DNA from: Alphaproteobacteria bacterium | Lineage (GTDB): Bacteria > Pseudomonadota > Alphaproteobacteria > UBA11222 | Direction: 5' to 3' | Assembly (NCBI GenBank): GCA_038318895.1 | Contig: JBBQCS010000003.1 | Span: forward strand, 9,381 to 73,380 | Length of the DNA stretch: 64,000 bases | In this document: piece by piece, positions 51,851 to 62,157 of the stretch | Position numbering within the stretch: position 1 is the stretch's first letter | Layout of the letters: every line of letters begins with the position of its first letter | Position numbers and translations under genes: made by a program | The notes under the pieces: model-generated | The model's database searches: none | The model's input: the letters and a program-made list of their open reading frames with translations, nothing else | What the model was told of the DNA's origin: nothing

Positions 51851-52588
51851 ATGGAAAACGCATTTCTCGTCAGTCTGTCCCATCTCAGCTCTCTTAAGCG
51901 TGAAATGGATGTCATTGCCAACAATCTGGCGAACGTCAATACAGACGCCTATAAATCCGAGAACGTATTGTTTGAGGAGTTTATTTCTCCGGTGGCGGAA
52001 GGCGACGGAAAGGTGCCGGAAGTTTCGTTTGTTCTGGACTATGGTCTGGTGCGAAATCTTTCGGCGGGAAATCTTGTGCAAACGGGGAGCCCGCTGGATG
52101 TCGCCATCAGCAGCGACGGCTATTTCGCGGTGCAGTTCAACGACCAGATCGCCTACACGAGAAACGGAAGTTTCAACCTGAATAATAAGGGCGAGCTTGT
52201 TACTTCTGCCGGGCATCAGGTATTGAACGCAAATTTAAGACCCATCGTAATTCCCCCTGGATCCGAATTGCCAGATATTGCCTCTGACGGAACAATTTCC
52301 GGTCCTGGTCTGGGCAACCAAAAACTCGGGGTCTTCTCATTTAAAGATCAGCAGGCCTTGAAAAAAATCGGGGCAAACCTCTTCACTACGGGTGAAGAAC
52401 GAACGCTGACTCCCAAGGACAAACTCAATCTTGTCCAGGGCAGCGTTGAAAGTTCAAATGTTCAGGCGGTTTCGGAGATCACCCGGATGATCGAAGTCAT
52501 GCGCAAATATCAGTCCGCGGCGCAACTTACCGAAAATGGAGACGAGCTTACCCGCAAGGCCATCGACCAGCTGTCCCGGGTTCGTTAA
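51851..52588 (+). CDS. flgF: Flagellar basal-body rod protein FlgF
   Basis: N-terminal rod motif …MDVIANNLANVNTDAYK… on 245 aa. Confidence 0.85.
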   Translation: MENAFLVSLSHLSSLKREMDVIANNLANVNTDAYKSENVLFEEFISPVAEGDGKVPEVSFVLDYGLVRNLSAGNLVQTGSPLDVAISSDGYFAVQFNDQIAYTRNGSFNLNNKGELVTSAGHQVLNANLRPIVIPPGSELPDIASDGTISGPGLGNQKLGVFSFKDQQALKKIGANLFTTGEERTLTPKDKLNLVQGSVESSNVQAVSEITRMIEVMRKYQSAAQLTENGDELTRKAIDQLSRVR

Positions 52589-52641
52589 GCCGTGGACACA
52601 ATATTAACAGCCATGACAGAACGCAGTAGAAGGTCAATACA

Positions 52642-53430
52642 ATGAAATCTCTCAATATCGCATCCACCGGTATGCTGGCGCAGCAACTGAATGTCGAAGT
52701 GATTTCCAACAATATCGCCAATATGAACACCACCGGGTTTAAGCGCCAACGCGCGGAATTTCAGGATTTGCTGTACCAGAGCCTTGAACGCATCGGCGCA
52801 AACTCGTCGGACGCAGGGACGATCGTCCCCTCGGGTGTTCAGGTGGGGTCCGGTGTAAAAACCGGGTCGGTGTATCGCATCATCGAACAGGGCAATGTGA
52901 TTTCCACGGGCAACCCTTATGATCTTGCAATTCAGGGGCGCGGCTTCTTTCGTGTGCAGTTGCCCAGCGGTGAACAATCCTATACCCGCGCAGGTTCTCT
53001 CTCCGTTAGCGCGGAAGGCCAACTCGTAACCCCGGAAGGTTTTGTTGTGGGGCCGGGGATTTCACTGCCGCAAGAGGCGACCGATATCACGATCAATAAA
53101 CAGGGCCAGGTACAGGCAAAAATTCCGGGCCAGGTAGAATCTCAAACGGTCGGGCAGTTGGAATTGGCTACATTCTTTAACGAAGCCGGCCTGGAAGCAA
53201 AGGGGAACAATCTGTTCAATGAAACGCCTTCTTCCGGCGCAGCGCAGGTGAGCACCCCGGGGGCGCTTGGCTACGGCACGGTGTTGCAGGGATTTGTAGA
53301 AACCTCGAACGTCAATCCGGTTTCTGAAATCACCGCGTTGATCACCGCCCAGCGCGCCTATGAGATGAATTCCAAGGTCATCAGCGCCTCTGACGAGATG
53401 CTCTCAACAACTACCAATCTGCGCAGGTAA
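52642..53430 (+). CDS. flgG: Flagellar basal-body rod protein FlgG
   Basis: …LNVEVISNNIANMNTTGFKRQRAEFQDLLYQ… with the C-terminal rod motif, 262 aa. Confidence 0.9.
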   Translation: MKSLNIASTGMLAQQLNVEVISNNIANMNTTGFKRQRAEFQDLLYQSLERIGANSSDAGTIVPSGVQVGSGVKTGSVYRIIEQGNVISTGNPYDLAIQGRGFFRVQLPSGEQSYTRAGSLSVSAEGQLVTPEGFVVGPGISLPQEATDITINKQGQVQAKIPGQVESQTVGQLELATFFNEAGLEAKGNNLFNETPSSGAAQVSTPGALGYGTVLQGFVETSNVNPVSEITALITAQRAYEMNSKVISASDEMLSTTTNLRR

Positions 53431-53432
53431 GT

Positions 53433-54005
53433 GTGATGCAACAATATCCAGTCGTTCGAGCAATCGTTTTAGCATTTGCCATACTGTTTCATTCTGCGGT
53501 TGGTATTGCCCCAACATCTGCCGCCGTCAAGCAGCATATCACGATGCATATGGTTCCCGTACTTGCGCAACCCATCGCGCGCGGCGACATCATCGGCGAA
53601 GAGAATGTGGTGATGCTGGAAAAAAGACGATCACCGGCCGGGATCGACTATATTACCGACAGTGCAGCGCTGGTCGGCATGGCTGCGAAACGCCCGCTGC
53701 GCGCCGGCGTCCCACTGCGCGTCATGGATATTGACCAGCCCAAAATCATAAAAAAGGGCGATCTGGTAACCATTGCGTTTGAGGCGCGCGGGTTAAGCCT
53801 CACCATTCGCGGCAAAGCGCTTGAGGACGGTATCCAGGGGCAGTCTATCCGTGTGATCAATACACAAACAAACCGCACCTTTGAAGGCGCCGCCGCTGCC
53901 GCGGGATATGTACTGGTGTCACCAATGGTCAGCTACCCGCCCGTAGCGCCGCAAACTTCCCGTCTCGAATATTCTGCGCCAACCATCGGCCTTCCAGGCC
54001 AGTAA
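53433..54005 (+). CDS. flgA: Flagellar P-ring assembly chaperone FlgA
   Basis: Signal peptide plus SAF/FlgA domain (…GDLVTIAFEARGLSLTIRGKALEDGIQGQSIRVIN…). Confidence 0.8.
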   Translation: MMQQYPVVRAIVLAFAILFHSAVGIAPTSAAVKQHITMHMVPVLAQPIARGDIIGEENVVMLEKRRSPAGIDYITDSAALVGMAAKRPLRAGVPLRVMDIDQPKIIKKGDLVTIAFEARGLSLTIRGKALEDGIQGQSIRVINTQTNRTFEGAAAAAGYVLVSPMVSYPPVAPQTSRLEYSAPTIGLPGQ

Positions 54006-54009
54006 GCAA

Positions 54010-54831
54010 TTGGATTATCGCACCATGCCATTTCATCCGCACTACACAATCCGTCAACAGCCCAAAAAATCCCGCATAGGTACGGAGTTCTTGCGTGGAA
54101 CAGTGCTTGGTTTGGCATTGCTCGCGTTAGGCGCCTGTGCGGGGACAGGTGACCGGCTGCGCGCCATAGGCAGTCCGCCGCCGCTGACGCCGCTCGAGGG
54201 CGAAAAAGCGGGTGTGCCGCAAATGACCCAGGTCAATTTGCCCATGCCTGCGGTTGAAGCCTATACGACCCTGCCCAACTCACTGTGGAAAACCGGTTCA
54301 CGCGCCTTTTTTAAGGACCAGCGCGCCACCAAAATCGGTGACATTCTGACCGTCAGTATAAATATTACCGATAGCGCCAAGGTGGACAACTCCACCACGC
54401 GCACCCGGACTGCCAGGGAAGGCGCGTCGGCAAATGCGCTTTTCGGCTATGAAAAAAGCCTGGGTAAGATTTTGCCCGAAGCCATTGACCCGAGCAACCT
54501 GCTGGAAGCGGATTCTTCAAGCAATAATTCCGGGAAGGGTACGGTAGACCGCAAAGAAGCCATCAACACCACGGTGGCGGCGATCATCACGCAAATACTG
54601 CCCAATGGCAATCTGGTTATCCAGGGGCGTCAGGAAGTTCGCATCAACTTCGAGGTGCGCGAGATCATGATCTCAGGCGTGGTGCGGCCCGAAGACATCA
54701 GCAACCAGAACACCATCCAGCACACACAAGTGGCCGAAGCCCGTATTTCCTATGGCGGCCGGGGTCAGCTGACCGATGTGCAACAGGCGCGTTACGGACA
54801 GCAGCTCTACGATATCATTTCGCCATTCTGA
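54010..54831 (+). CDS. flgH: Flagellar L-ring lipoprotein FlgH
   Basis: Lipobox LALGAC; …GDILTVSINITDSAKVDNST… and a C-terminal FlgH signature. The true start may lie downstream of the ORF-track Met. Confidence 0.85.
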   Translation: MDYRTMPFHPHYTIRQQPKKSRIGTEFLRGTVLGLALLALGACAGTGDRLRAIGSPPPLTPLEGEKAGVPQMTQVNLPMPAVEAYTTLPNSLWKTGSRAFFKDQRATKIGDILTVSINITDSAKVDNSTTRTRTAREGASANALFGYEKSLGKILPEAIDPSNLLEADSSSNNSGKGTVDRKEAINTTVAAIITQILPNGNLVIQGRQEVRINFEVREIMISGVVRPEDISNQNTIQHTQVAEARISYGGRGQLTDVQQARYGQQLYDIISPF

Positions 54832-54853
54832 TCCTGTCGTCCGGGGTACGATC

Positions 54854-54898
54854 CCGACACTCAGTACGCCGTCAAAAGGACGGCGTACTGAGTGTCGG
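54854..54898. terminator. Perfect 20-bp stem / 5-nt loop hairpin between the convergent flgH and coxM genes (candidate bidirectional terminator)
   Basis: CCGACACTCAGTACGCCGTC-AAAAG-GACGGCGTACTGAGTGTCGG. There is no flanking U-run on either side. Confidence 0.45.
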
Positions 54899-54972
54899 AA
54901 TAAGCCGGACAACGACCTGAAAGACGCTGTGGCACGAAAGTTTACGTCCAGCCAGCCAGATCGAAGGATACT

Positions 54973-55770
54973 CTAAGCCGATACCCCCGCGACAGCGCGT
55001 TTGGCCATTACGCTGGTCAGCGCGGCGCGGTATTCGCTGCTGGCGTGCATGTCCTGCAGCATTTCTTCGACAGGCGCGGTAATGCCATCAATCGCCGCCG
55101 CTGAGAAGTTTTTGGCAAGGGCTGTTTCCATCGCGGTCATGCGGAACACGCCGGGGCCAGCCCCTGTTACAGCCACACGCACACCTGCCGCTGTTTTCGC
55201 GACAAATACGCCCACCATGGCGTACCGTGACGCCGGGTTCGGAAATTTCTGGTATGCCGCCCCCTGGGGAATCGGAAAGACGATTTTGACGATAATTTCA
55301 TTTTCCTTCAGCGCGGTTTCAAACATGCCGCGAAAATAGTCGTCCGCGGGGATTTCACGGCTGTTGGTAACGATGGTTGCGCCCAGCCCAAGACACGCCG
55401 CCGGATAATCTGCCGACGGATCATTATTGGCGATGGACCCGCCAATGGTGCCGCGATGGCGCACCAGCGGATCGCCAATGCGCCCCGCCAGATAGGCCAG
55501 CGCCGGAATGGCTTTCGCCACATCTTTCGAACTGGCGACATCGTGGTGGCATGTCATGGCGCCGATGGTCACGTTTTTCGCGTCCACGCTGATCCCCGCA
55601 ATGCCCGTAACATCCTGCAGATCAATCAGATCGGAAGGCGCCGCCAGCCTTTGTTTCATGGTGGCGAGCAATGTCATGCCGCCAGCCAGAATTTTCGGGC
55701 TTTCAAGGCGCGCCAGCAGAGCCGTGACTTCATCAAGGGTTTTGGGCCGGTGATATTCGAATTGATACAT
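54973..55770 (-). CDS. coxM: Xanthine dehydrogenase-family FAD-binding medium subunit (CoxM-like)
   Basis: FAD-binding PCMH domain (…ILAGGMTLL…); 265 aa, sits 9 nt downstream of coxL. Confidence 0.85.
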   Translation of the reverse strand: MYQFEYHRPKTLDEVTALLARLESPKILAGGMTLLATMKQRLAAPSDLIDLQDVTGIAGISVDAKNVTIGAMTCHHDVASSKDVAKAIPALAYLAGRIGDPLVRHRGTIGGSIANNDPSADYPAACLGLGATIVTNSREIPADDYFRGMFETALKENEIIVKIVFPIPQGAAYQKFPNPASRYAMVGVFVAKTAAGVRVAVTGAGPGVFRMTAMETALAKNFSAAAIDGITAPVEEMLQDMHASSEYRAALTSVMAKRAVAGVSA

Positions 55771-55779
55771 GGCTTTCTC

Positions 55780-58146
55780 CTACAACCCGTTTGCCGCACG
55801 CCAGGCGCGCTCCGGCGTCACCGGCATGGCAATATCGCGCACGCCCAGCGCGTCCGTAATGGCGTTGATAATGGCGGGCGGCGCCCCGATCGCCCCGGCC
55901 TCGCCACACCCCTTGAGACCAAGCGGATTGGAAGGGGCTGCGGTCACTGTAACGCCGACGTCAAAACTCGGCAGATCATCCGCACGCGGCATACAGTAAT
56001 CCATGAACGAGCCGCTCAGAAGCTGCCCGGTATCGGGATCATAGACCGCGTTTTCCAGCAATGCCTGACCGATGCCCTGCGCCACGCCGCCATGCACCTG
56101 CCCCTCGACAATCATCGGGTTTATGATGTTACCAAAATCGTCAACGGCGACGAATTTTATCACCTTCACAACGCCGGTGCCGGGATCAATTTCGACTTCG
56201 GCAATATGGGTGCCGGCCGGAAACGTGAAATTGGTCGGGTCATAAAACGAGGTCTCTTTCAGGCCCGGTTCAATCTCGCTGGTCGGGAATTTATGCCCCG
56301 TATAGGCCTGCAACGCCAGTTCGGCAAAAGCCAATCCGCGATCCGTGCCCGCTACCGTGAAGTGGCCATTTTCGAATACGATATCGCCCTCGCCAGCCTC
56401 CAGCACATGCGCCGCGATCTTGCGCGCCTTGGCGATCACCTTGTCCAGGGCCACCTGAATGGCCGACATGCCAACGGCGCCGGAACGCGAACCATAGGTG
56501 CCCATACCGAATTGCACCTTGTCGGTGTCGCCATGTACAATCTCGACACTCTCAATCGGAATGCCAAGCCGGTCCGACACCAGTTGCGCGAATGTGGTTT
56601 CATGCCCCTGCCCGTGGCTGTGCGCACCGGTCAGCACTTCGACGCTGCCCGTGGGATTAACCCGCACCTCGGCGGATTCCCACAAACCGACACCGGCGCC
56701 CAGCGACCCCACCGCCGCCGACGGCGCGATCCCGCAGGCTTCGATATAGGCGGAAAAGCCGATGCCGCGCCGCATGCCGCGCGCCTCCGCCTCGCGCCTG
56801 CGTTGCGGGAAATTCGCGTAATCAATCATCCGGCAGGCCTCATTGAGCGACGCCTCGTAATCCCCAACGTCATAGGCCATGATCACCGGCGTCTGATGCG
56901 GGAATTTGCGGATGAAGTTCTTGCGCCGGAATTCCGCCGGATCCTCGCCCAGTTCCCGCGCGGCTGTTTCCACCAGCCGCTCAATGACAAAGGTAGCTTC
57001 CGGGCGGCCCGCGCCACGATACGCATCCACCGGTGCGGTATGGGTCAACACCCCGTCCACCTCACAATAGATTGCCGGCAAATCATACTGTCCCGACAAT
57101 AGCGTGGCATAAAGATATGTCGGCACGGACGCCGAAAAAAGCTGTAAATAGGCGCCAAGATTGGCTTTGGTTTTTACCCTCAGCCCCAACATCTTGCCAT
57201 TGGCGTCAAGTGCCAGTTCCGCATGAGTCTGATGATCGCGGCCATGCGCGTCGGAAACAAAACTTTCCGACCGGTCCGCGATCCATTTCACCGGACGCCC
57301 GACCTTTTTCGAGGCCCAGACACAGACGGTTTCTTCCGAATAAATAAATATCTTTGAACCAAATCCGCCGCCCACATCGGGTGCAATCACCCGCAGCTTG
57401 TTTTCCGGCGCAACGCCAACAAAGGCCGACAACACCAGCCGCGCCACATGCGGATTCTGACTGGTGGTGTAAAGTGTATAAACACCTGTGCCCTTGTCAT
57501 ATTCACCGACGGCCGCGCGCGGCTCCATCGCATTCGGGATCAACCGGTTATTGGCAATATCCAGGCTGACTACCTTCGCCGCATTGTTGAAGGCTGCTTC
57601 GGTCGCGGCCTTATCGCCCAGTTCCCATTCAAAGCAGGTATTGCGCGGCGCTTCCGGATGGACCTGGGGCGCATCCGGGGCCTGCGCACCACTAACCGCC
57701 GTCACCGAGGCAAGTTCACCATAGCTGACATCGACAAGTTCCGCCGCATCCCTGGCCTGGGCTGCGGTTTCGGCGATCACCACCGCCACATGGTCGCCCA
57801 CATACCGCACATGGGTCAGCGCCAGTACCGGATGTGCCCCGGTTTTCATTGGACTGCCATCCTTGGAGTGCACCAGCCAGCCACAGATCAGCCCACCCAG
57901 GCCATCGGCGGCGACATCCTTTCCCGTCAGCACCAAAATGACGCCGGGCGCCGCGAGCGCATCAGCAAAATCAATATCATCGACAGTGGCGTGCGCATAA
58001 GGGGACCGGACAAAACATGCATAGGCCTGGCCCGGTCGGCAGATATCATCCGTATAGTGACCGTTTCCGGTAATAAAGCGGAAATCTTCCTTGCGCGGAA
58101 CAGAAGCGCCAATGCCGGTAGCCTTCTTTGCGTCGATGGCGTTCAT
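55780..58146 (-). CDS. coxL: Molybdopterin-dependent hydroxylase large subunit, form II CoxL-like (AYRGAGR active-site loop)
   Basis: 788 aa in the XDH/CODH large-subunit family. The active-site loop VDAYRGAGR (57004-57024) is the form II signature, not the form I AYRCSFR of true CO dehydrogenases. Confidence 0.85.
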   Translation of the reverse strand: MNAIDAKKATGIGASVPRKEDFRFITGNGHYTDDICRPGQAYACFVRSPYAHATVDDIDFADALAAPGVILVLTGKDVAADGLGGLICGWLVHSKDGSPMKTGAHPVLALTHVRYVGDHVAVVIAETAAQARDAAELVDVSYGELASVTAVSGAQAPDAPQVHPEAPRNTCFEWELGDKAATEAAFNNAAKVVSLDIANNRLIPNAMEPRAAVGEYDKGTGVYTLYTTSQNPHVARLVLSAFVGVAPENKLRVIAPDVGGGFGSKIFIYSEETVCVWASKKVGRPVKWIADRSESFVSDAHGRDHQTHAELALDANGKMLGLRVKTKANLGAYLQLFSASVPTYLYATLLSGQYDLPAIYCEVDGVLTHTAPVDAYRGAGRPEATFVIERLVETAARELGEDPAEFRRKNFIRKFPHQTPVIMAYDVGDYEASLNEACRMIDYANFPQRRREAEARGMRRGIGFSAYIEACGIAPSAAVGSLGAGVGLWESAEVRVNPTGSVEVLTGAHSHGQGHETTFAQLVSDRLGIPIESVEIVHGDTDKVQFGMGTYGSRSGAVGMSAIQVALDKVIAKARKIAAHVLEAGEGDIVFENGHFTVAGTDRGLAFAELALQAYTGHKFPTSEIEPGLKETSFYDPTNFTFPAGTHIAEVEIDPGTGVVKVIKFVAVDDFGNIINPMIVEGQVHGGVAQGIGQALLENAVYDPDTGQLLSGSFMDYCMPRADDLPSFDVGVTVTAAPSNPLGLKGCGEAGAIGAPPAIINAITDALGVRDIAMPVTPERAWRAANGL

Positions 58147-58179
58147 GACGTGTGCTCCCTCTCTGCTAATCCGGGATGA

Positions 58180-58641
58180 TTAAAGTACTTCCGATGCGGC
58201 TTTGATCGCCTTGACGATATTGTGATAGCCGGTGCAGCGGCAAAAATTACCTTCCAGCTCGTGACGGATCGTGGTTTCATCCGGTTTGGGAATGCGTCGC
58301 AGCATATCAACCGCAGTCATGATCATCCCCGGCGTGCAAAAGCCACATTGCAGCCCGTGATGTTCCTTGAACGCTTCCTGAACCGGATGCAGTTTGTCAC
58401 CGTCCGCAAGCCCTTCGATCGTGCGCACCAGCGCGCCCGCCGCCTGCATCGCCAGCACCGTGCAGCTTTTTACCGCCTTGCCATCCACATGCACCACGCA
58501 TGCGCCGCACTGGCTTGTGTCGCAGCCAACATGGGTGCCGGTAAGCTGCAAGTTTTCGCGAAGATAATGCACCAGAAGGGTGCGCGGCTCGACATCGGCT
58601 GATACCTGCTTGCCGTTCACCTGCATTGCTACAACAGTCAT
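58180..58641 (-). CDS. coxS: (2Fe-2S)-binding small subunit (CoxS-like)
   Basis: Two [2Fe-2S] Cys clusters ([19 protein letters not shown]) on 153 aa. Confidence 0.9.
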   Translation of the reverse strand: MTVVAMQVNGKQVSADVEPRTLLVHYLRENLQLTGTHVGCDTSQCGACVVHVDGKAVKSCTVLAMQAAGALVRTIEGLADGDKLHPVQEAFKEHHGLQCGFCTPGMIMTAVDMLRRIPKPDETTIRHELEGNFCRCTGYHNIVKAIKAASEVL

Positions 58642-58696
58642 TTGCCGCCCTCCATTGCGTACCTGCTTTTATTCTAAACCAGATTTGTAATCTGCC

Positions 58697-59257
58697 CTAT
58701 AGGACAAACATCAATGTCAAAGCCGCCATCACAAGGATCAAAGCGGTGATCCATAATGCCGGGTTAAGCCCGCCTGAGGACGAAAGTTGCGGTTCTGCGA
58801 CAGATTCCGCCGCAGCACTGCCCCCCAGGATGGCGCTGAAATTACCGAAAAACTCTTCGGATAATTTCTTTGCCGTCCCGTCGATCAGGCGCTGGCCGAT
58901 CTGCGCAAGCTTGCCGCCGACACTTGCCTGCACCGAATAGCGCAGCACGGTAAAGCTGCCGTCTTCTGTCAATGAGACCTTTGCAACTCCCTTGGCGAAC
59001 CCCGCGGCGCCCCCCTTGCCCTGGCCCGTCAGCGTATAACTGTCGGGTGGATTAACATCTGACAGCACCACCGACCCCTTGAATGTCGCCTTTACCGGGC
59101 CGACCGAGGCGGTAACCGCCCCTTCCATTTCCGTATCGCTGAGCTTTGTAATCGACTGACAACCGGGAACACTCTGTTGCAGAATTTCGGGATCGTTCAA
59201 TGCCGCCCAAACTTTATCCTTTGGCGCGGGAATACGAAACTCGCCGGACATTTCCAT
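58697..59257 (-). CDS. coxG: CoxG-family SRPBCC protein with C-terminal membrane anchor
   Basis: CoxG/polyketide-cyclase-like fold (…FKGSVVLSDVNPPDSYTLTGQGKG…) and a C-terminal hydrophobic helix LWITALILVMAALTLMFVL. Confidence 0.8.
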   Translation of the reverse strand: MEMSGEFRIPAPKDKVWAALNDPEILQQSVPGCQSITKLSDTEMEGAVTASVGPVKATFKGSVVLSDVNPPDSYTLTGQGKGGAAGFAKGVAKVSLTEDGSFTVLRYSVQASVGGKLAQIGQRLIDGTAKKLSEEFFGNFSAILGGSAAAESVAEPQLSSSGGLNPALWITALILVMAALTLMFVL

Positions 59258-59285
59258 ATGGCGTTACTCTGACTTTCGGTTCAAA

Positions 59286-60131
59286 TCACGGCCAGCCGGC
59301 GCCCGCGACCTTCACCTCGATGGTTTCAATGCGCCCGGTACGCGATTCTCTGCTGGACACGGGATGACTGTCCTTGGCGGTGGCCAGAAAAAGTGTCTTG
59401 CGGTCCGGCCCGCCAAGTGCGCAGGCGAACGCCTGATTTTCAACTTCAACCTTGTCCGTTACCTTGCCACCTTCAACAACACGCAGGCACGCGCCGCTAA
59501 TCGGTGACGCCACCCAGATACCGCCTTCGGCATCGAGCGCAATGCCATCCGGCAACGCTCCTTCCATCTTTGCCCATAGCCGCCGGTTGCTCAGGCTGCC
59601 GTCCGCAGCAATATCAAAGGCAGTCAGACACGCGCCCATGGATTCCCCAACGATCAGCGTCTTGCCATCCGGCGTAATCACTGTGCCGTTGGGAAACTGA
59701 ATGTCCGCCGCCGCGACCTGCGCCTTGCCATCCGGGGTGACAAGCACGATCTCGGCATTTTTTCGCGGTGCGCGATTGTGCAGATCATAGCCGAAATTTC
59801 CGACATAGGCGCGGCCCTTCGCGTCCACGACCATATCGTTACAATCAAAGCTCGCAAGCTTCGACAAATCCGCATATTGCGACAGTTTGCCATCGGGGCC
59901 ACGCACCAGCAGTTTGCGGTCCTTCATCGAAACAATCAGCAGCCGCCCGTCGGGCAGCCAGCCAAGACCGGATGGCGAATTTTCCACTGTAGCAACGATT
60001 TCGGACTTTCCGTTCAGATCAACGGCAATCACATTCGGCCCGTGCATATCGGAAAACCACAGCCTGCCCTCATGCCAGCGCGGCCCTTCCGGAAAACATA
60101 ACCCATCCATCAGAGTTTTCGTATTAGGCAT
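59286..60131 (-). CDS. SMP-30/gluconolactonase/LRE-family protein
   Basis: …CFPEGPRWHEGRLWFSDMHGPNVIAVDLNGK… beta-propeller signature on 281 aa. Confidence 0.8.
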   Translation of the reverse strand: MPNTKTLMDGLCFPEGPRWHEGRLWFSDMHGPNVIAVDLNGKSEIVATVENSPSGLGWLPDGRLLIVSMKDRKLLVRGPDGKLSQYADLSKLASFDCNDMVVDAKGRAYVGNFGYDLHNRAPRKNAEIVLVTPDGKAQVAAADIQFPNGTVITPDGKTLIVGESMGACLTAFDIAADGSLSNRRLWAKMEGALPDGIALDAEGGIWVASPISGACLRVVEGGKVTDKVEVENQAFACALGGPDRKTLFLATAKDSHPVSSRESRTGRIETIEVKVAGAGWP

Positions 60132-60186
60132 CGTTCCCTCCCTGCATTTCTTTGCTGTTGCTTGCAGATATTAAACAGGACTTGCC

Positions 60187-61890
60187 TCAAAGATAATAGA
60201 GGAAAAGCGTAGCCGCCAGCAGCACCGCCACCCACAATACGGTAATACTGATGGGCGCCGTACGGGCCAGCACCCCATGCGGGCCGTGGGCATGATAAAT
60301 CAGTCCAATGGCTCTCTGGACCAGGAACTTTCCCGCGGCCACGGTCTTTACGCCAACAGCATCACGCAGGCGCTCAAAAAAACCGGTACAGACGGGAATA
60401 AGGCGCCGGTAAAACCAATCGGTGTCCAAATTGGTCGAGCGAAGTTCGGGCGGGTAAATCCCGGTACGCATCAGCAATGTGAAAGCCAGCGCCGAGAACA
60501 ACAGCAATTGCATCTGTGTGACAACGTGATCCAGCGTATAGGGAATAAATGTCACAGGGTATGGCAGCATGCCGTACAGCAGTCCCGGGAACACCCCGAT
60601 AAGGATGCACAGCACCGACATAATACCCATTGCCCAAAGCATATTCATCGGCGCTTCGCGGCAGCGAATGCCGCTGTCATGAGCAAAGAACGCGAAATAG
60701 GGAATTTTGATGCCTGAATGATGAAAAACGCCTGCCGAGCCAAATAACAGCACCAGCCACACAATCCAGTGCCCCTCCTCTGCCGTCGCAGCCAGGATCA
60801 TGCCCTTGGAAACAAATCCCGCAAAGAGCGGAAAGGCGGATATCGATGCGGCGCCCACCAGACAGAACCCCGTAGTCCAGGGCATGGACTTATATAATCC
60901 TCCCAGTTCTGATCCTTTCGCGGTCCCGGTGCGCAGCAACACCGCGCCGACGCTCATGAACAATAATCCCTTGAACAGGATATTATTCACCGCATGGGCC
61001 ACGGCGCCATTGATGGCCATTTCCGTGCCAAGGCCTATCCCCACGACCATGTAGCCTAACTGGTTGTTCAGGCTGTAGGCCAACACCCGGCGCAGATCAT
61101 TCTCGATCACCGCATAGAAAATCGGGAATGCCGTCATCACCGCGCCAATAGGGATCAGCAGGCTTTCACCGGCAAAGCCCCGCGCCAAAGCGTAAATAGC
61201 CAGCTTGGTTGTAAAGCTGCCAAGCGCCACCGTGCCGGTGACGGTAGCTTCGGGATAGGCGTCCTGCAACCAGTTATGCAGCAACGGAAACGCACATTTA
61301 ATGCCAAACCCGAGAAATATCGCCCATGTCGCGACGCTGCCAAGCTGCATCTGCGAAAACTCGACAGAGCCGGTTTCGCGCGCCAACAGGATTGTTCCAA
61401 ACAGCAACAGCAAACCGGAGCCCATCTGGATAATCAGATATCGCATGCCCGCGGCATAGGCATGTTCCGTACGCCGCGCCCAGATCAGAAATACCGTGGC
61501 GACAGCCGTCACCTCCCAAAACACAAACAGGGTGATTAAGTCACCCGCCAGGGCCGCGCCGATGGCGGCGCCTGCGGTCACAAGCATTGCGACATGCTGC
61601 ATGGTATCGCGCACATGCAGCGAATAAAGCGCCACAACAAACGCGGCAATGTGAAAAATCGTGGCAAAAACCAGGCTTAGCGTATCGATACGAAGCGTAA
61701 CGATACTGTAGTCAAAAAACTGAAGGATCCCCTGATCCAACGGGTTGACCAAAAACAGATGCACAAGACCAAGCACAGGCACCAAAAGCGTCAGGATCTT
61801 GCGCGGCATTTCACGCAAAAATGGCAGCAGCAGTGCGCCTACAATAAAGAAAACTGCCGGTGTCAGCCCATCAATCATAATAATCCTCAC
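60187..61890 (-). CDS. NuoL/M/N (MrpA/MrpD)-family proton-conducting membrane subunit, divergent paralog
   Basis: 567-aa polytopic protein in the complex I antiporter-like family (…GSGLLLLFGTILLA…), but with a degenerate WLPDAxxxPTPVSA-equivalent motif (WLQDAYPEATVTGTVALGS). Confidence 0.7.
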   Translation of the reverse strand: MRIIMIDGLTPAVFFIVGALLLPFLREMPRKILTLLVPVLGLVHLFLVNPLDQGILQFFDYSIVTLRIDTLSLVFATIFHIAAFVVALYSLHVRDTMQHVAMLVTAGAAIGAALAGDLITLFVFWEVTAVATVFLIWARRTEHAYAAGMRYLIIQMGSGLLLLFGTILLARETGSVEFSQMQLGSVATWAIFLGFGIKCAFPLLHNWLQDAYPEATVTGTVALGSFTTKLAIYALARGFAGESLLIPIGAVMTAFPIFYAVIENDLRRVLAYSLNNQLGYMVVGIGLGTEMAINGAVAHAVNNILFKGLLFMSVGAVLLRTGTAKGSELGGLYKSMPWTTGFCLVGAASISAFPLFAGFVSKGMILAATAEEGHWIVWLVLLFGSAGVFHHSGIKIPYFAFFAHDSGIRCREAPMNMLWAMGIMSVLCILIGVFPGLLYGMLPYPVTFIPYTLDHVVTQMQLLLFSALAFTLLMRTGIYPPELRSTNLDTDWFYRRLIPVCTGFFERLRDAVGVKTVAAGKFLVQRAIGLIYHAHGPHGVLARTAPISITVLWVAVLLAATLFLYYL

Positions 61891-62149
61891 CGCGCATCAG
61901 CACCAGCCGCATCACTTTTGCTACAAGTACCAATCCGACACAGCCAATAAAACCGTACCAGGCGTAAAATGCGGGCCATGCCTCGAAGGCAAAAACACTG
62001 TGGCGCGGCAACACCAGATCAAGCAGGGCAAAAAAAGCGCAGGCTGCAAACAGCCCGTAAATAATCTTGTTCAGATTTCCGGGCCGCTCGAGCCAATAAT
62101 CTTTTTCTTCTTTATCTTCTTTTTCTTCATTCTCAACTGAATCGGGCAT
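61871..62149 (-). CDS. Small two-TM membrane protein between antiporter-like subunits (hypothetical)
   Basis: Acidic N-terminus (ENEEKEDKEEKD), then two hydrophobic helices. A GGAGA RBS lies 6 nt upstream of the ATG at 62149, and the gene overlaps the downstream gene by 20 nt. The ORF track extends to 62260. Confidence 0.5.
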   Translation of the reverse strand: MPDSVENEEKEDKEEKDYWLERPGNLNKIIYGLFAACAFFALLDLVLPRHSVFAFEAWPAFYAWYGFIGCVGLVLVAKVMRLVLMRGEDYYD

Positions 62150-62157
62150 CGTTTCTC

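Noticed and set aside
51582-52216. Several 90-165-aa ORFs in the fliL/flgF divergent intergenic region
   Set aside because: They overlap each other and the flgF 5' end in different frames. The region is better explained as a regulatory spacer carrying the sigma54 promoter.
55456-57102. 548-aa ORF on the + strand inside coxL
   Set aside because: It is antisense to a well-supported molybdopterin hydroxylase large-subunit gene and has an Arg/Gly/His-rich composition with no motifs.
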